This document shows, piece by piece, positions 1-9,833 of a stretch of DNA of 32,000 bases. Made by a program: the position numbers and the translations under genes. Under the pieces are notes generated by a model. The model searched no databases and had not been told where the DNA came from. It worked only from the letters and a program-made list of their open reading frames with translations. Position 1 is the first letter of the stretch, and each line of letters starts with the position of its first letter. This DNA is from Candidatus Saccharimonadota bacterium (GTDB taxonomy: Bacteria > Patescibacteriota > Patescibacteriia > 2-12-FULL-60-25): NCBI GenBank assembly GCA_023898425.1, contig CP060222.1:90001-122000 (forward strand). The letters run 5' to 3'.

Positions 1-371
1 TTTTTTGCCCAGGCTACTACTTGTTTTGTTGATTGTACGTTCTTTCTATAAGGGAGCGATGAGCCATCAAACATCACGCTTGTATAGCCACTGTCTATTG
101 CTAGTTTAATGGTTTTTAAATTTTTACCATGATCTAAGTGCAGTACAACAGGGATTTTGGCCTTTGCTGCTACGCGAACCATAGCAATAAGGTAATCCAT
201 GCCAGCGTATTCAATAGCGCCTTCTGATGTTTGTACAATAATAGGGGACTTGAGCTCAGTAGCGGCCTCGATAACAGCTTTGAGGATTTCAAGATTGTTA
301 ATGTTAAAAGCAGGAACGGCATATTTACCGGCGCGTGCTTTTTTTAAGATAGGGAGTGCGGCAACGAGCAT
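1..371 (-). CDS. fba: class II fructose-bisphosphate aldolase, N-terminal part (gene runs off left edge)
   Basis: My own minus-strand translation from the ATG at 371 gives MLVAALPILKKARAGKYAVPAFNINNLEILKAVIEAATELKSPIIVQTSEGAIEYAG...PVVLHLDHG, a typical class II FBP/tagatose-bisphosphate aldolase N-terminus. It is absent from the ORF track because it is truncated. Confidence 0.8.
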   Translation of the reverse strand, partial: MLVAALPILKKARAGKYAVPAFNINNLEILKAVIEAATELKSPIIVQTSEGAIEYAGMDYLIAMVRVAAKAKIPVVLHLDHGKNLKTIKLAIDSGYTSVMFDGSSLPYRKNVQSTKQVVAWAK

Positions 372-373
372 AG

Positions 374-1384
374 TTAGTCTTTAAGGAGTTCAGCCTTTGT
401 CGAGGCAAATGTTTTAAGGGTTGCTTTCATTTGAGTCTTTGTAAGTAAGCCCTTTTGTGGACCGATATATTTTACAACGCTCCACGAATTGGCTGTACCG
501 TAGCGCAACGCTTCCGGTATTTCATGCCCGGTAGCTAAGGCATATGAAAAGCCTGTACCAAAGGCGTCACCTGCGCCAGTGCGTTCGTAGGCATCGCCTT
601 TAAAAATAGGCTGATGCCAAAAAGTAGTTCCATCTGTTGCATAGGATCCTTTAAGCCCATCGGTGATAACAGCAATCTTTACACCAAGGTCGATAAAAGA
701 TTGTAACAATGTACGCATGGTAGCTTCTTTTGTTTGAAGTAAATACTCAGCCTCTTCTTTATTAACAATAAATACCGTTACGAGTTTGATGATAGGGAGT
801 AATGATTTTAAGCCTCGGCGCAATTGGTGCGTGCCAGGATTAAAGCTTACCGGTGTTTGTGGGTGTTGTTTTAAATGAGCGATGAGTTGTTTCTCAAGTT
901 TTTCGTGTCCCGCGCCAATGGACGTGTAGTAAATCCAGCTTGCCGATGGTAGCTTAGAAAGCTCGTATTTACGTGGCTCATGATAGACAAGGATCGTACG
1001 CTCTCCCTCTTTAAATAAGATGGTAGAATAGCTTGTTGGACGTTTTTTGTCCGTCACTACAAATGGCATTGCGACATGCTCGTTCTTCCAGTTTTGACGA
1101 ATTTCTTTTGCGGCTTGATCATTGCCGATAACACTATAGACGGCAGAGCTTAGCCCGAGCCTTGATGATCCAACGGCCACATTTGAAGCATTACCGGCTC
1201 CAGGAACACGAGTCACTGCGGTAACGGGGATCTTTTCGCCAAAATCAAAACAGATTTGGCATTCTTCTTTTTTTACTTGGCAAGCCACGGTTGCCTCATC
1301 AACCTCTAGAAAAACATCTAAAACCGCCTCTCCTATAGCGATCATGTCGTACTTTGGTTTCTTTTGTGTAGATTTCTTTAACAT
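374..1384 (-). CDS. PfkB-family carbohydrate kinase (ribokinase-like)
   Basis: 336-aa ORF with an N-terminal IAIGEAVLD motif and the C-terminal PfkB signature TGAGDAFGTGF. It lies directly downstream of fba on the same strand. Confidence 0.8.
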   Translation of the reverse strand: MLKKSTQKKPKYDMIAIGEAVLDVFLEVDEATVACQVKKEECQICFDFGEKIPVTAVTRVPGAGNASNVAVGSSRLGLSSAVYSVIGNDQAAKEIRQNWKNEHVAMPFVVTDKKRPTSYSTILFKEGERTILVYHEPRKYELSKLPSASWIYYTSIGAGHEKLEKQLIAHLKQHPQTPVSFNPGTHQLRRGLKSLLPIIKLVTVFIVNKEEAEYLLQTKEATMRTLLQSFIDLGVKIAVITDGLKGSYATDGTTFWHQPIFKGDAYERTGAGDAFGTGFSYALATGHEIPEALRYGTANSWSVVKYIGPQKGLLTKTQMKATLKTFASTKAELLKD

Positions 1385-1462
1385 ATGGCTTTTATCATAG
1401 CACTGTTGCTAATTATGCGGGAGCGCTATACTTACAGGGTAATTATTAATCATACACTTACT

Positions 1463-1867
1463 ATGGCTCAACAAAAACCATCCTCCCATCTAGGAGCGGG
1501 ACTTGCTGCCGGTGCTGTTATTGGCCTCGCAACAGGATTTTTTCTTAATTCACGTAAAGGCAAGGTTCTCGTAGCCGATGCGCAAAAGAAGTCTAAGCTC
1601 TTGCAAAAGCAGGTCATGAAGATGCTCGCAGATGCAGGCACGCTTTCTGAACAAAAATACGAAGAGATTGTCGACAAGGTTGTCGCATACTATGCCTCTT
1701 CAAAAGAGATCGCAGTAAAAGAAATTCCAGAAGTTCGTAAATACCTCATGTCACAATGGAAAGGTATCGAATCACAGCTTGAGAACGTTGGCGAAGATGC
1801 TGTAAAGACAGTAAAAACAGTGCAAAAGAAAGCAGCTAAGGCTGTCAAAAAAGTAACGAAAAAATAG
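1463..1867 (+). CDS. YtxH-like membrane-anchored protein
   Basis: Internal ATG at 1463 gives MAQQKPSSHLGAGLAAGAVIGLATGFFLNSRKGK (Gly/Ala-rich TM helix followed by a charged helix), typical of YtxH. The extension upstream to 1385 looks non-coding. Confidence 0.6.
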   Translation: MAQQKPSSHLGAGLAAGAVIGLATGFFLNSRKGKVLVADAQKKSKLLQKQVMKMLADAGTLSEQKYEEIVDKVVAYYASSKEIAVKEIPEVRKYLMSQWKGIESQLENVGEDAVKTVKTVQKKAAKAVKKVTKK

Positions 1868-1869
1868 TC

Positions 1870-2571
1870 ATGAAAAAGGTCCATCGTTTTTTTGCGGACC
1901 TCTCTTGGCAAGGCAAACAGGGAGAGATCCTTGATCACGAGACAGTCCATCAGCTGTCTCGTGTTTTGCGTATCAAACCAGGAGAAGAGCTTGTTATTCT
2001 TGATGGTAAAGGCGAAGAGTTTCGTGTTCGCGTATTTGAGGTAAAAAAGCATTCTGTAACGGTAGACTTACTTGGCAAAAAAGCTATTCTTACTGAGCCG
2101 ATAACTGAAGTTGTTTTGTATGCGTCAGTATTAAAACGCGAATCTTTTGACTGGGCTGTGCAGAAAGCTGTTGAATGTGGCGTTTCTCGAATTGTGCCGA
2201 TTATTTCTGCTCATACGATTAAGACAGGTATCAAGCAAGATCGTTTGCAAGCGATAGCAAAAGAGGCGGCAGAGCAGTGTGGACGTGCAAAGGTCCCTGA
2301 AGTGTCTCACGTGATGGGATTTGAACAGGCTTTAGCAGAATCACGAGCCTGTGATCAGATTCTTTTTGCAGACACGTATCTACCAGAGTCTGAGTCAATG
2401 CAACGAGCACGTCGTGTGGCATTATTTATTGGCCCAGAAGGTGGTTGGAGTGACGAAGAACGCGCGCAAGCAAAAAGCGCCGGAGCAACGGCGTCTTCGC
2501 TAGGTAAGCTGGTGTTAAGAGGTGAGACGGCTTGTGCAATTGGAGTACACCTTCTTACTTCATCACGATAG
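1870..2571 (+). CDS. rsmE: 16S rRNA (uracil1498-N3)-methyltransferase RsmE
   Basis: 233 aa. It has the RsmE-type N-terminus (HRFF...) and a C-terminal SPOUT motif, [12 protein letters not shown]. Confidence 0.85.
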   Translation: MKKVHRFFADLSWQGKQGEILDHETVHQLSRVLRIKPGEELVILDGKGEEFRVRVFEVKKHSVTVDLLGKKAILTEPITEVVLYASVLKRESFDWAVQKAVECGVSRIVPIISAHTIKTGIKQDRLQAIAKEAAEQCGRAKVPEVSHVMGFEQALAESRACDQILFADTYLPESESMQRARRVALFIGPEGGWSDEERAQAKSAGATASSLGKLVLRGETACAIGVHLLTSSR

Positions 2572-5185
2572 CCCCATCTTTTACACCAAATTCTACGGTA
2601 TCACCTTCTTTTACCGTGCCTTCGACCATTTTGAGAGCGAGCTCATCCAAGACAAGATCTTGGATCGCTCTCTTTAGAGGGCGGGCACCAAAGCTTGGAT
2701 CGTAGCCTTTTTCAGCAATAAGTTCTTTGGCTTTTTTTGTAAATGTGAGCTGAATCTTTTTCTTACTCAAGCGTTCAACAACATTTTCGAGTTGAAGGTC
2801 GATAATTTGATTTAGAGCCTCTTTATCAAGAGCTTCAAAAACAACAATTTCATCAACGCGATTTAAGAACTCAGGTCTAAATTGCTCTTTTAAACGTCCC
2901 ATCACAAGTTCACGAATATGTTCGTGTGTGCGTTTGACAGCATCTGCTGATTCATCGGTAAATCCAATCTCGCCACGCTTGCCTGCGTCTAAGATAAGAT
3001 CTGATCCAATATTTGATGTCATGATCACAACGGTATTTTTAAAGTTAACCTTGCGACCTTTACCATCAGTAAGATGACCATCGTCCAAAACTTGAAGAAG
3101 GGTGTTAAAGACATCTGGATGAGCCTTTTCAATTTCGTCTAATAAGATCACGGCATATGGACGACGACGGATTTTTTCGGTGAGCTGACCGCCTTCGTCA
3201 TAACCAACGTATCCTGGTGGTGAGCCGATCAAACGAGAAACAGCATGTTTCTCCATGTACTCACTCATATCGACACGGACCATGGCGTCTTCGTCGTCAA
3301 AAAGTGTGGTTGCTAATGCACGAGCGAGCTCGGTTTTACCAACACCTGTTGGTCCCAAAAAGAGGAAGGAGCCAATCGGGCGTTTTTCTTCGCTAATACC
3401 AGCACGTGATCGACGTACAGCATTGGCTACGGCTTTTACCGCTTCATCTTGACCAATAACACGCTTATGAAGCTCTTCTTCGAGGTGTGCAAGTCTTGAG
3501 GCTTCTGCTTCGAGCATGCGTGAGACAGGGATGCCTGTCCATCGACCTACAACAGCAGCAATTTCTTCATCGGTCACCGCGCCTTTTAGTAGACCTCGCT
3601 TTCCTTGAAGTTCTTTGAGTTTTAATTCAGTGTCTTTTTGCTTTTTTTCAGCAACCGGAAGTTGACCATAACGAATCTCCGAAGCTTTTTCGAGATCACC
3701 TCGACGCTCGGCAATATCTGCCTCACTCTTTAGCTGCTCATATTCTTTTTTTGCTGACTGAATAGCCTCGATAAGAGATTTCTCTGCCTTCCATGAAAGC
3801 TCCATGCCTTCGGCGGCTTCACGTTCTTCGGCAAGGTCTTTTTCGATGCCACTTAAGCGGTCTTTTGAATCTTGATCCTCTTCTTTTTGGAGGGCGCGTT
3901 TTTCAATTTCAAGTTTCATGATAGCGCGCTTATGTTTATCGAGCTCTTCTGGCATTGAGTCGATTTGCATGCGTAATGCTGCGGCTGCCTCATCAACAAG
4001 ATCTACGGCTTTATCTGGTAAAAATCGATCTGTGATATAGCGCGAAGAGAGTTGCACGGCAGCAACGAGTGCACCGTCGGTAATACGAATACCGCTATGC
4101 ACTTCATACTTGTCTTTAATCCCACGCAAAATAGCGAGTGTATCTTCTTCAGAAGGCTCATCAACAAGCACGGGTTGAAAACGACGCGTGAGGGCTGGAT
4201 CTTTTTCGATATGCTTTTGATATTCTTGTAACGTTGTTGCACCAACAGCGCGCAATTCTCCGCGAGCGAGGGCTGGCTTAAGCATATTGGCTGCATCTAG
4301 CGTCCCACCTTCGCCCGAAGCGCCGGCGCCAACAAGTGTGTGGATCTCGTCAATAAACAAAATGATTTTTCCGCTAGAGTTTTCTACTTCACGCATGACG
4401 GCTTTGAGACGTTCTTCAAACTCACCACGAAATTTTGTTCCGGCAACAAGTGAGCCAATATCAAGAGCCATCACTTCTTTTTCTTTGAGTGATTCTGGCA
4501 CGTCACCCGCAACAATACGCTGAGCAAGACCTTCGATAATAGCGGTTTTTCCTGTACCCGCTTCACCAATCAAGATCGGATTATTTTTTGTCCGACGTAA
4601 AAGTATTTGCATGACACGACGGATTTCTCCGTCACGACCAATAACGGGGTCAAGTTTTTCTTGACGAGCAAGCGCCGTAAGATTGCGTGAGTATTTTTCT
4701 AGAGCTTGGTACGCTGCTTCTGGCTCCGGGCTATCTACTGTTACAGATCCACGAACGGTCTTTAGTGCTTTTAAGATGGCGTCCTCTGTTACTTGATGAG
4801 CACGCAAGATGGCAGCGGCATCATCTTTGCCTTGGGCAATACCGAGTAAGAGGTGCTCGGTTGAGATAAAAGCATCTTTAAACTGCGTAGCAAATTCTGA
4901 CGCAGCCTGAAAGACATGGTTGATATTTTCAGACAAAAAGAGCTGTCCTACTTGGCCATTTTTGACGCGAGGATAACGTGAAAGCGCTTCTTCTAATTGG
5001 GCGCGAAAATGTCCAGGATCAACACCGATAGACTTTAAAAGCGCAGGAACAATGCCTTGTTCTTGCGTAAAAAGACCTGCGAGCAAGTGTGTTGCTTCGA
5101 GGGCTGGGTGGCCGTTATTTACCGCGATATGTTGGGCGGTATTTAAGGCTTCTTGGCTTTTACGGGTAAGGTTTTGTGGGATCAT
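2555..5185 (-). CDS. clpB: ATP-dependent chaperone ClpB
   Basis: 876 aa with a Clp N-domain, two AAA+ modules ([21 protein letters not shown]) and a long coiled-coil middle domain. Confidence 0.95.
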   Translation of the reverse strand: MIPQNLTRKSQEALNTAQHIAVNNGHPALEATHLLAGLFTQEQGIVPALLKSIGVDPGHFRAQLEEALSRYPRVKNGQVGQLFLSENINHVFQAASEFATQFKDAFISTEHLLLGIAQGKDDAAAILRAHQVTEDAILKALKTVRGSVTVDSPEPEAAYQALEKYSRNLTALARQEKLDPVIGRDGEIRRVMQILLRRTKNNPILIGEAGTGKTAIIEGLAQRIVAGDVPESLKEKEVMALDIGSLVAGTKFRGEFEERLKAVMREVENSSGKIILFIDEIHTLVGAGASGEGGTLDAANMLKPALARGELRAVGATTLQEYQKHIEKDPALTRRFQPVLVDEPSEEDTLAILRGIKDKYEVHSGIRITDGALVAAVQLSSRYITDRFLPDKAVDLVDEAAAALRMQIDSMPEELDKHKRAIMKLEIEKRALQKEEDQDSKDRLSGIEKDLAEEREAAEGMELSWKAEKSLIEAIQSAKKEYEQLKSEADIAERRGDLEKASEIRYGQLPVAEKKQKDTELKLKELQGKRGLLKGAVTDEEIAAVVGRWTGIPVSRMLEAEASRLAHLEEELHKRVIGQDEAVKAVANAVRRSRAGISEEKRPIGSFLFLGPTGVGKTELARALATTLFDDEDAMVRVDMSEYMEKHAVSRLIGSPPGYVGYDEGGQLTEKIRRRPYAVILLDEIEKAHPDVFNTLLQVLDDGHLTDGKGRKVNFKNTVVIMTSNIGSDLILDAGKRGEIGFTDESADAVKRTHEHIRELVMGRLKEQFRPEFLNRVDEIVVFEALDKEALNQIIDLQLENVVERLSKKKIQLTFTKKAKELIAEKGYDPSFGARPLKRAIQDLVLDELALKMVEGTVKEGDTVEFGVKDGAIVMK

Positions 5186-5189
5186 AGTT

Positions 5190-5216
5190 TTAGCACTCTA
5201 TGTATGAGACTGCTAA
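5190..5216. promoter_or_regulatory. CIRCE (HrcA operator) inverted repeat upstream of clpB
   Basis: TTAGCACTC-N9-GACTGCTAA versus the consensus TTAGCACTC-N9-GAGTGCTAA (one mismatch). It lies 5-31 nt upstream of the clpB ATG. Confidence 0.7.
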
Positions 5217-5252
5217 AACCATACCATTGAGCGGTAACTCGGTCAATGTGCT

Positions 5253-5957
5253 TTAAAGCTGGGGGCGCTCAATGGATCCTACGGTATTAACGTCTGAATA
5301 TTCGATACGTATTGGGCGTTCGCTGAGCGTATCAATCTCTACATAGGTTGGGAGATCTTGGTTGGTGATACAGACGCTAAACGGCTGTAGTCGGCCCTCG
5401 GTAGTGACCTGTCGAAAGCGATAAATCGTGCAATTTGATCCGGAGGATTTTCCTAGATATTGCTCTGAGCCATTGAGAATAAAGTCTTCTTCTTCATCAA
5501 AGCTAAATGAACCTTTGAGGGATGTCGCAAGTTCTTTTGCTTCGTCGGTGCCGCTAATATTTTGCCAGGGGTTTGTACCTTGTTTAAAGAGTACCTCGGC
5601 TTCTGTTAGGTAGACTTCGGAGATCGTCGTTCCTTGGTCGGAGGGGATGGCGAGCGTGCCACGCATTCCTTGATTTTTAACAAAGACGAGATCAGCAGTG
5701 ACATCTTCGTTGATACCCGGGATAACCATACGAGAATGAAAAGAGTTTGCTGTCGCGAGGTTTAAAAGTGCCTGCTTTGCATAGGTTGTTTCTGGATCAA
5801 CGTATTCATAAGCTTCTGGACTTACGGTTGTTACCTGGTCGATTGTACCTGGTTGCTGTGGGCTTTTTGTCGTTGGCGTCTCTGGTTGCTTGTTAGAATT
5901 GCAGCCAGCTCCCATCAAGGCGATAGCAAGAAGTGGGATCAAAGAAATTCGTCTCAT
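5253..5957 (-). CDS. secreted/lipoprotein-like hypothetical protein
   Basis: ATG at 5957 gives MRRISLIPLLAIALMGAGCNS (signal peptide followed by Cys). No family recognised. Confidence 0.55.
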   Translation of the reverse strand: MRRISLIPLLAIALMGAGCNSNKQPETPTTKSPQQPGTIDQVTTVSPEAYEYVDPETTYAKQALLNLATANSFHSRMVIPGINEDVTADLVFVKNQGMRGTLAIPSDQGTTISEVYLTEAEVLFKQGTNPWQNISGTDEAKELATSLKGSFSFDEEEDFILNGSEQYLGKSSGSNCTIYRFRQVTTEGRLQPFSVCITNQDLPTYVEIDTLSERPIRIEYSDVNTVGSIERPQL

Positions 5958-6021
5958 ATGCTTACAGTATAGCAAATTTTGGAAATTCGCTTTTTTCTAC
6001 GGTTTTTGCTACAAATGCACC

Positions 6022-6696
6022 ATGTCAGGCTTACTCTACGTAATGGCCACGCCTATCGGAAACCTCGAAGATATTACCCTTCGAGCTCTTCGTGTATTAA
6101 AAGAAGCAGATGTGATCGCTTGCGAGGATACACGTGTTTCAAAGGTGCTCTTAAACGCTTATGAACTTAAAAAGGATTGCTTATCATTGCATCAACATTC
6201 GTCGATGCAAAAGGTAGGACTGCTTTTAGACCGTGTCGAAAAAGGAGAGCAGGCCGTTTATATCTCAGACGCTGGTACGCCGGGAATGAATGATCCAGGC
6301 GGTAAGCTTGTTGAAGCAGCGTTTGAACGTGGTATTACCGTTATTCCTATCCCGGGGCCTTCGGCACTTACTACAGCTATTAGCGCATGTGGATTTGCTA
6401 TGGACGAGTTTCATTATGTAGGCTTTTTACCACATAAAAAGGGGAGGCAGACATTGATAAAAGCAATCGCAGAACGCAAAGCTCCAACGATCTTTTTAGA
6501 ATCAACGCACCGTATCGAAAAAGCACTCGTCAGCTTGCAAGAAGTTCTTGATGAAAAACGCCTCATCTTTGTGGGACGCGAACTTACGAAGAAGTTTGAA
6601 ACGCTTTATCGAGGCACCGTAAGCGAAGTCATCGCTTCGTTAAAAGAAACAAGTTTGAAGGGTGAGTTTACTATCATTGTCAGCTCAGAAAAATAA
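6022..6696 (+). CDS. rsmI: 16S rRNA (cytidine1402-2'-O)-methyltransferase RsmI
   Basis: ATG at 6022 gives MSGLLYVMATPIGNLEDITLRALRVLKEADVIACEDTR, the canonical RsmI tetrapyrrole-methylase-fold N-terminus. Confidence 0.9.
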   Translation: MSGLLYVMATPIGNLEDITLRALRVLKEADVIACEDTRVSKVLLNAYELKKDCLSLHQHSSMQKVGLLLDRVEKGEQAVYISDAGTPGMNDPGGKLVEAAFERGITVIPIPGPSALTTAISACGFAMDEFHYVGFLPHKKGRQTLIKAIAERKAPTIFLESTHRIEKALVSLQEVLDEKRLIFVGRELTKKFETLYRGTVSEVIASLKETSLKGEFTIIVSSEK

Positions 6697-6697
6697 T

Positions 6698-8323
6698 ATG
6701 TCTCGCTATTACATCACGACTCCAATCTATTACGTTAATGATAAGCCTCATATCGGGCATGCCTACACGACGGTCGTGGCGGATGTTTTAGCGCGCTTTC
6801 ATCGCTTGCTTGGTGATGAAACACGCCTCGTAACTGGGACAGACGAGAATAGTCAAAAAAATGTTCAAGCGATGGAGAAGGTAGGAGAGAGTGATCTTCA
6901 CGGTTACCTCGACCGTATGGCTGGTACATGGCAAAAGACCTGGAAGGATACAGGTATTTCTTTTGATGATTTTATTCGCACAACAGAGCCACGTCACATA
7001 GAAGGCGTGAAGCGTTTTTGGGAATCAGTAAAAAAGAGTGGTGATATTTATGAGGGTGAATATATTGGTTTGTACTGCACAGGCTGTGAAGCATTTAAAA
7101 ATGACTCAGAAGTTGTTGAGAATCGCTGTGTACTTCATCCAAACAAAGACCTCGATCAACTCAAAGAAAAAAATTACTTTTTTAAATTTACAAAATATCG
7201 TGATCAGTTATTAGCGCTTTACGATGAATCTTCTGATTTTATTTTGCCAGAAGAGCGACGCAACGAAATTCGTAATTATGTAAAAGATCATCTTACGGAT
7301 ATTTCGATCTCACGAGAGGCAAAAGCGGTTGGTGTAGGTATTCCGGTACCTGGTGATGAAACTCAAGTGATTTATGTGTGGTTTGACGCCTTGTTAAACT
7401 ATATTACCGCCGTAGGTTATGGGACGGACGAAGCGCTCTTTAAACAATGGTGGCCAGCAGATTTACATTTGGTTGGTAAAGATATCTTAAAGTTTCACTG
7501 TGCTTTGTGGCCTGCGATGATTATGTCGGCAGCACAAACCGATCCACTCTTACAGGATGAACAGGGTAAAGCGTTATTACCAAAGCGCGTACACGCACAT
7601 GGCTTCTTTACGATAAATGGTCAAAAGATTTCTAAGTCACTTGGTAACGCTATAGATCCGCTCGAGTTTCGTGATAGTTATGGATTGGACGCCGTACGAT
7701 ATTACGTTTTGCGTGAAATCGGTTTTGGCTCAGATGGAGATTTCTCACATGCTCGTCTACAAGAGCGTTATGAGAGCGATCTTGGTAATACACTTGGCAA
7801 TCTATTGCAACGCACTATTGCGATGTCGCGTAAGTATGCGAATAACGCCATTCCAACGACTGATGTTCTCGAGGCCTCATTAGCGCTTTCAAAAGAAAGC
7901 GCTTGGGCTGGACGTGAAGGACTAGAAGCGATAGCAAAAACGGTTAAAGAATCATTGCATGTTGATCGTGCCGACCAAGCCCTTGAGGCTATTTGGCTTG
8001 GTATTGGTGATACGCAACGCTCAGGTCTCATGCAAGCCAATAAACTTATCGAAGAAACACAACCATTTAAGCTTGTGAAAGAGGATCCAGAAGCGGTCAA
8101 CAAGATTTTATACGCATTACTCGAGTCATTGCGTTGGTATGCGGTATTGCTTGGTCCACTTATGCCAGAAACATCTCAAAAAATCTTTACGTCACTTGGT
8201 CTAGACGCAAAGAACGAATCCGAAAGGCTTTGGTCAGAATCGCTTACATGGGGGCAGCTAGCTATAGGTGGCTCGTTACCTGAACCAACTCCGCTTTTTC
8301 CTCGGCTTGAGGTACAATCTTAA
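6698..8323 (+). CDS. metG: methionine--tRNA ligase
   Basis: ATG at 6698 gives YYITTPIYYVNDKPHIGHAY (HIGH motif) and KISKSLGN (KMSKS motif). The start abuts the rsmI stop. Confidence 0.95.
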   Translation: MSRYYITTPIYYVNDKPHIGHAYTTVVADVLARFHRLLGDETRLVTGTDENSQKNVQAMEKVGESDLHGYLDRMAGTWQKTWKDTGISFDDFIRTTEPRHIEGVKRFWESVKKSGDIYEGEYIGLYCTGCEAFKNDSEVVENRCVLHPNKDLDQLKEKNYFFKFTKYRDQLLALYDESSDFILPEERRNEIRNYVKDHLTDISISREAKAVGVGIPVPGDETQVIYVWFDALLNYITAVGYGTDEALFKQWWPADLHLVGKDILKFHCALWPAMIMSAAQTDPLLQDEQGKALLPKRVHAHGFFTINGQKISKSLGNAIDPLEFRDSYGLDAVRYYVLREIGFGSDGDFSHARLQERYESDLGNTLGNLLQRTIAMSRKYANNAIPTTDVLEASLALSKESAWAGREGLEAIAKTVKESLHVDRADQALEAIWLGIGDTQRSGLMQANKLIEETQPFKLVKEDPEAVNKILYALLESLRWYAVLLGPLMPETSQKIFTSLGLDAKNESERLWSESLTWGQLAIGGSLPEPTPLFPRLEVQS

Positions 8324-8326
8324 TAT

Positions 8327-8812
8327 ATGATTCTTGCAGAAATCGTTTTCGGTCTCTTTCTCTTGCTCGGTATTGGCCGTGGTTATAAGGCTGGTGCCGT
8401 GCAGGGGATCGCGGATATCTTATCATCGATTATCGCGTTTCTTCTTGCGCGTTGGACCTATGGATTTTTTGCAAAACTTATCGCGTTGTTCGCGCCACAT
8501 GCAAACGGAGGGATCGTCTACTTTGTTTCGTTTGTATTGCTCTTCTTTACGATCTGGAAGATTATCAGCATGCTCTTTGGCATCGTTGTCACCATGCTCA
8601 AAATAGTCACAAAATTACCCATTATTTCGTGGTTTAATAAGATTTTTGGCGCAGTACTTGGCTTTGCCCTAAGTGTGATTTTTGTTGGTGCTACGGCATA
8701 TCTTGTTATGCACACCATGCTTGATCCTCAGCTTATGCAGTGGTTCGGCTCATCCGTTATTGCGGGTTATTGTCAAAAAACATTCATGAACGTCTTGTTC
8801 TTTTTAGTATAG
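8327..8812 (+). CDS. CvpA-family integral membrane protein
   Basis: 161 aa with about four TM helices. The N-terminus, ...LLLGIGRGYKAGAVQ, resembles CvpA. Confidence 0.55.
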   Translation: MILAEIVFGLFLLLGIGRGYKAGAVQGIADILSSIIAFLLARWTYGFFAKLIALFAPHANGGIVYFVSFVLLFFTIWKIISMLFGIVVTMLKIVTKLPIISWFNKIFGAVLGFALSVIFVGATAYLVMHTMLDPQLMQWFGSSVIAGYCQKTFMNVLFFLV

Positions 8813-8814
8813 GT

Positions 8815-9663
8815 ATGCCGTTTTTGATTGATACGCATTGTCATATCCATTTTCCGGCTTTTGATGCCAATCGTGAAACGGTATTAGCGCATCTTGCAAA
8901 TCATGATATTTGGGCGATGACGATTGGGACTGGAACAAAAAACTCTGAGGCAGGTATCGCGTTTGCAGAAAAACATGAAACGATATTTGCTACTGCTGGT
9001 TTACATCCAGACCATGTCACAAGTGACTATCATGATCATCAAGAAGGCGAAAAACCAGAAGCGACGGTAAAAGCCGAACAATTAATAAAGATCGCAAAAA
9101 CATCAAAAAAGTGTGTCGCGATCGGGGAGTGTGGTTTAGACTGGTATCGATTATCAGAAGACCCAAACGTGCTCGCAGAACAAAAAGCAAAGCAAGAGGT
9201 GATTTTTCGTGAGCACTTAAAGGCAGCGCGCGAGCTCGATTTACCACTTGTTATCCATTGTCGAGAAGCATTACCGCGTTTGGCAGAGTTATTACGAGAA
9301 TGTCACATGGACGGATGGAAGCCGCGTGGAGTTGTTCATTCTTTTACGGGGACTTGGATCGAAGCGCAACCACTACTCGAGTTAGGTTTTTTTCTTGGGA
9401 TAAATGGCATTGCGACGTTTCCTCCAAAAAAACTACAAGATCCAGAAACGGTGCTTAATCGTGTTATTGAGCGAATGCCACTTGAGCAATTCGTTTTAGA
9501 AACAGACGCGCCTTATCTTGCACCTGTTCCGCATCGTGGCGAACAAAACGAGCCAGCAAATGTATGTTTTGTAGCAGAGCATGTAGCAAAGATGCGTGGG
9601 ATTCCTCTTGAAGAGGTGGCAAGAATCACAACGGAGAATGCGCGGAGACTTTTTGCCATCTAG
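8815..9663 (+). CDS. tatD: TatD-family metal-dependent DNase/hydrolase
   Basis: ATG at 8815 gives MPFLIDTHCHIHF, followed by GECGLDWY, VIHCREA, VVHSFTG and ETDAPYL motifs. Confidence 0.9.
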   Translation: MPFLIDTHCHIHFPAFDANRETVLAHLANHDIWAMTIGTGTKNSEAGIAFAEKHETIFATAGLHPDHVTSDYHDHQEGEKPEATVKAEQLIKIAKTSKKCVAIGECGLDWYRLSEDPNVLAEQKAKQEVIFREHLKAARELDLPLVIHCREALPRLAELLRECHMDGWKPRGVVHSFTGTWIEAQPLLELGFFLGINGIATFPPKKLQDPETVLNRVIERMPLEQFVLETDAPYLAPVPHRGEQNEPANVCFVAEHVAKMRGIPLEEVARITTENARRLFAI

Positions 9664-9728
9664 CCGCAAGCCTTCACTCAACTCACCCTGCCCACGTAAC
9701 ACTGCTCCGCAGCTGATACGTGGCCGGT

Positions 9729-9752
9729 CCCTCTCTATTTGGAGAGGGTTTT
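9729..9752 (+). terminator. intrinsic terminator after tatD
   Basis: CCCTCTC-tatttg-GAGAGGG followed by TTTT. Confidence 0.5.
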
Positions 9753-9833
9753 CTGATCCGGAACGCCCTCTCTCCACAGAGAGGGATATTTGTACCGAAG
9801 GTATAAATTGGGTGAGTGGCAGCAATGTAGCGA

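Noticed and set aside
199-384. 61-aa plus-strand ORF at the left edge.
   Set aside because: It is antisense to a clearly recognisable fructose-bisphosphate aldolase N-terminus on the minus strand.
2231-4869. Short ORFs inside or antisense to rsmE and clpB (2231..2422, 3255..3452, 4003..4296, 4287..4523, 4687..4869).
   Set aside because: They are fully contained in high-confidence genes on the other strand or frame.
5193-5203. 11-nt identity (gcactctatgt) between the CIRCE/clpB leader and variable segment b1 of module U1 plus the adjacent scaffold (13924-13934).
   Set aside because: Three of the 11 nt belong to the constant scaffold. An 8-nt match to one of about 14 guide segments is expected by chance in 64 kb of two-strand sequence. 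I do not treat it as a target without a matching partner guide.
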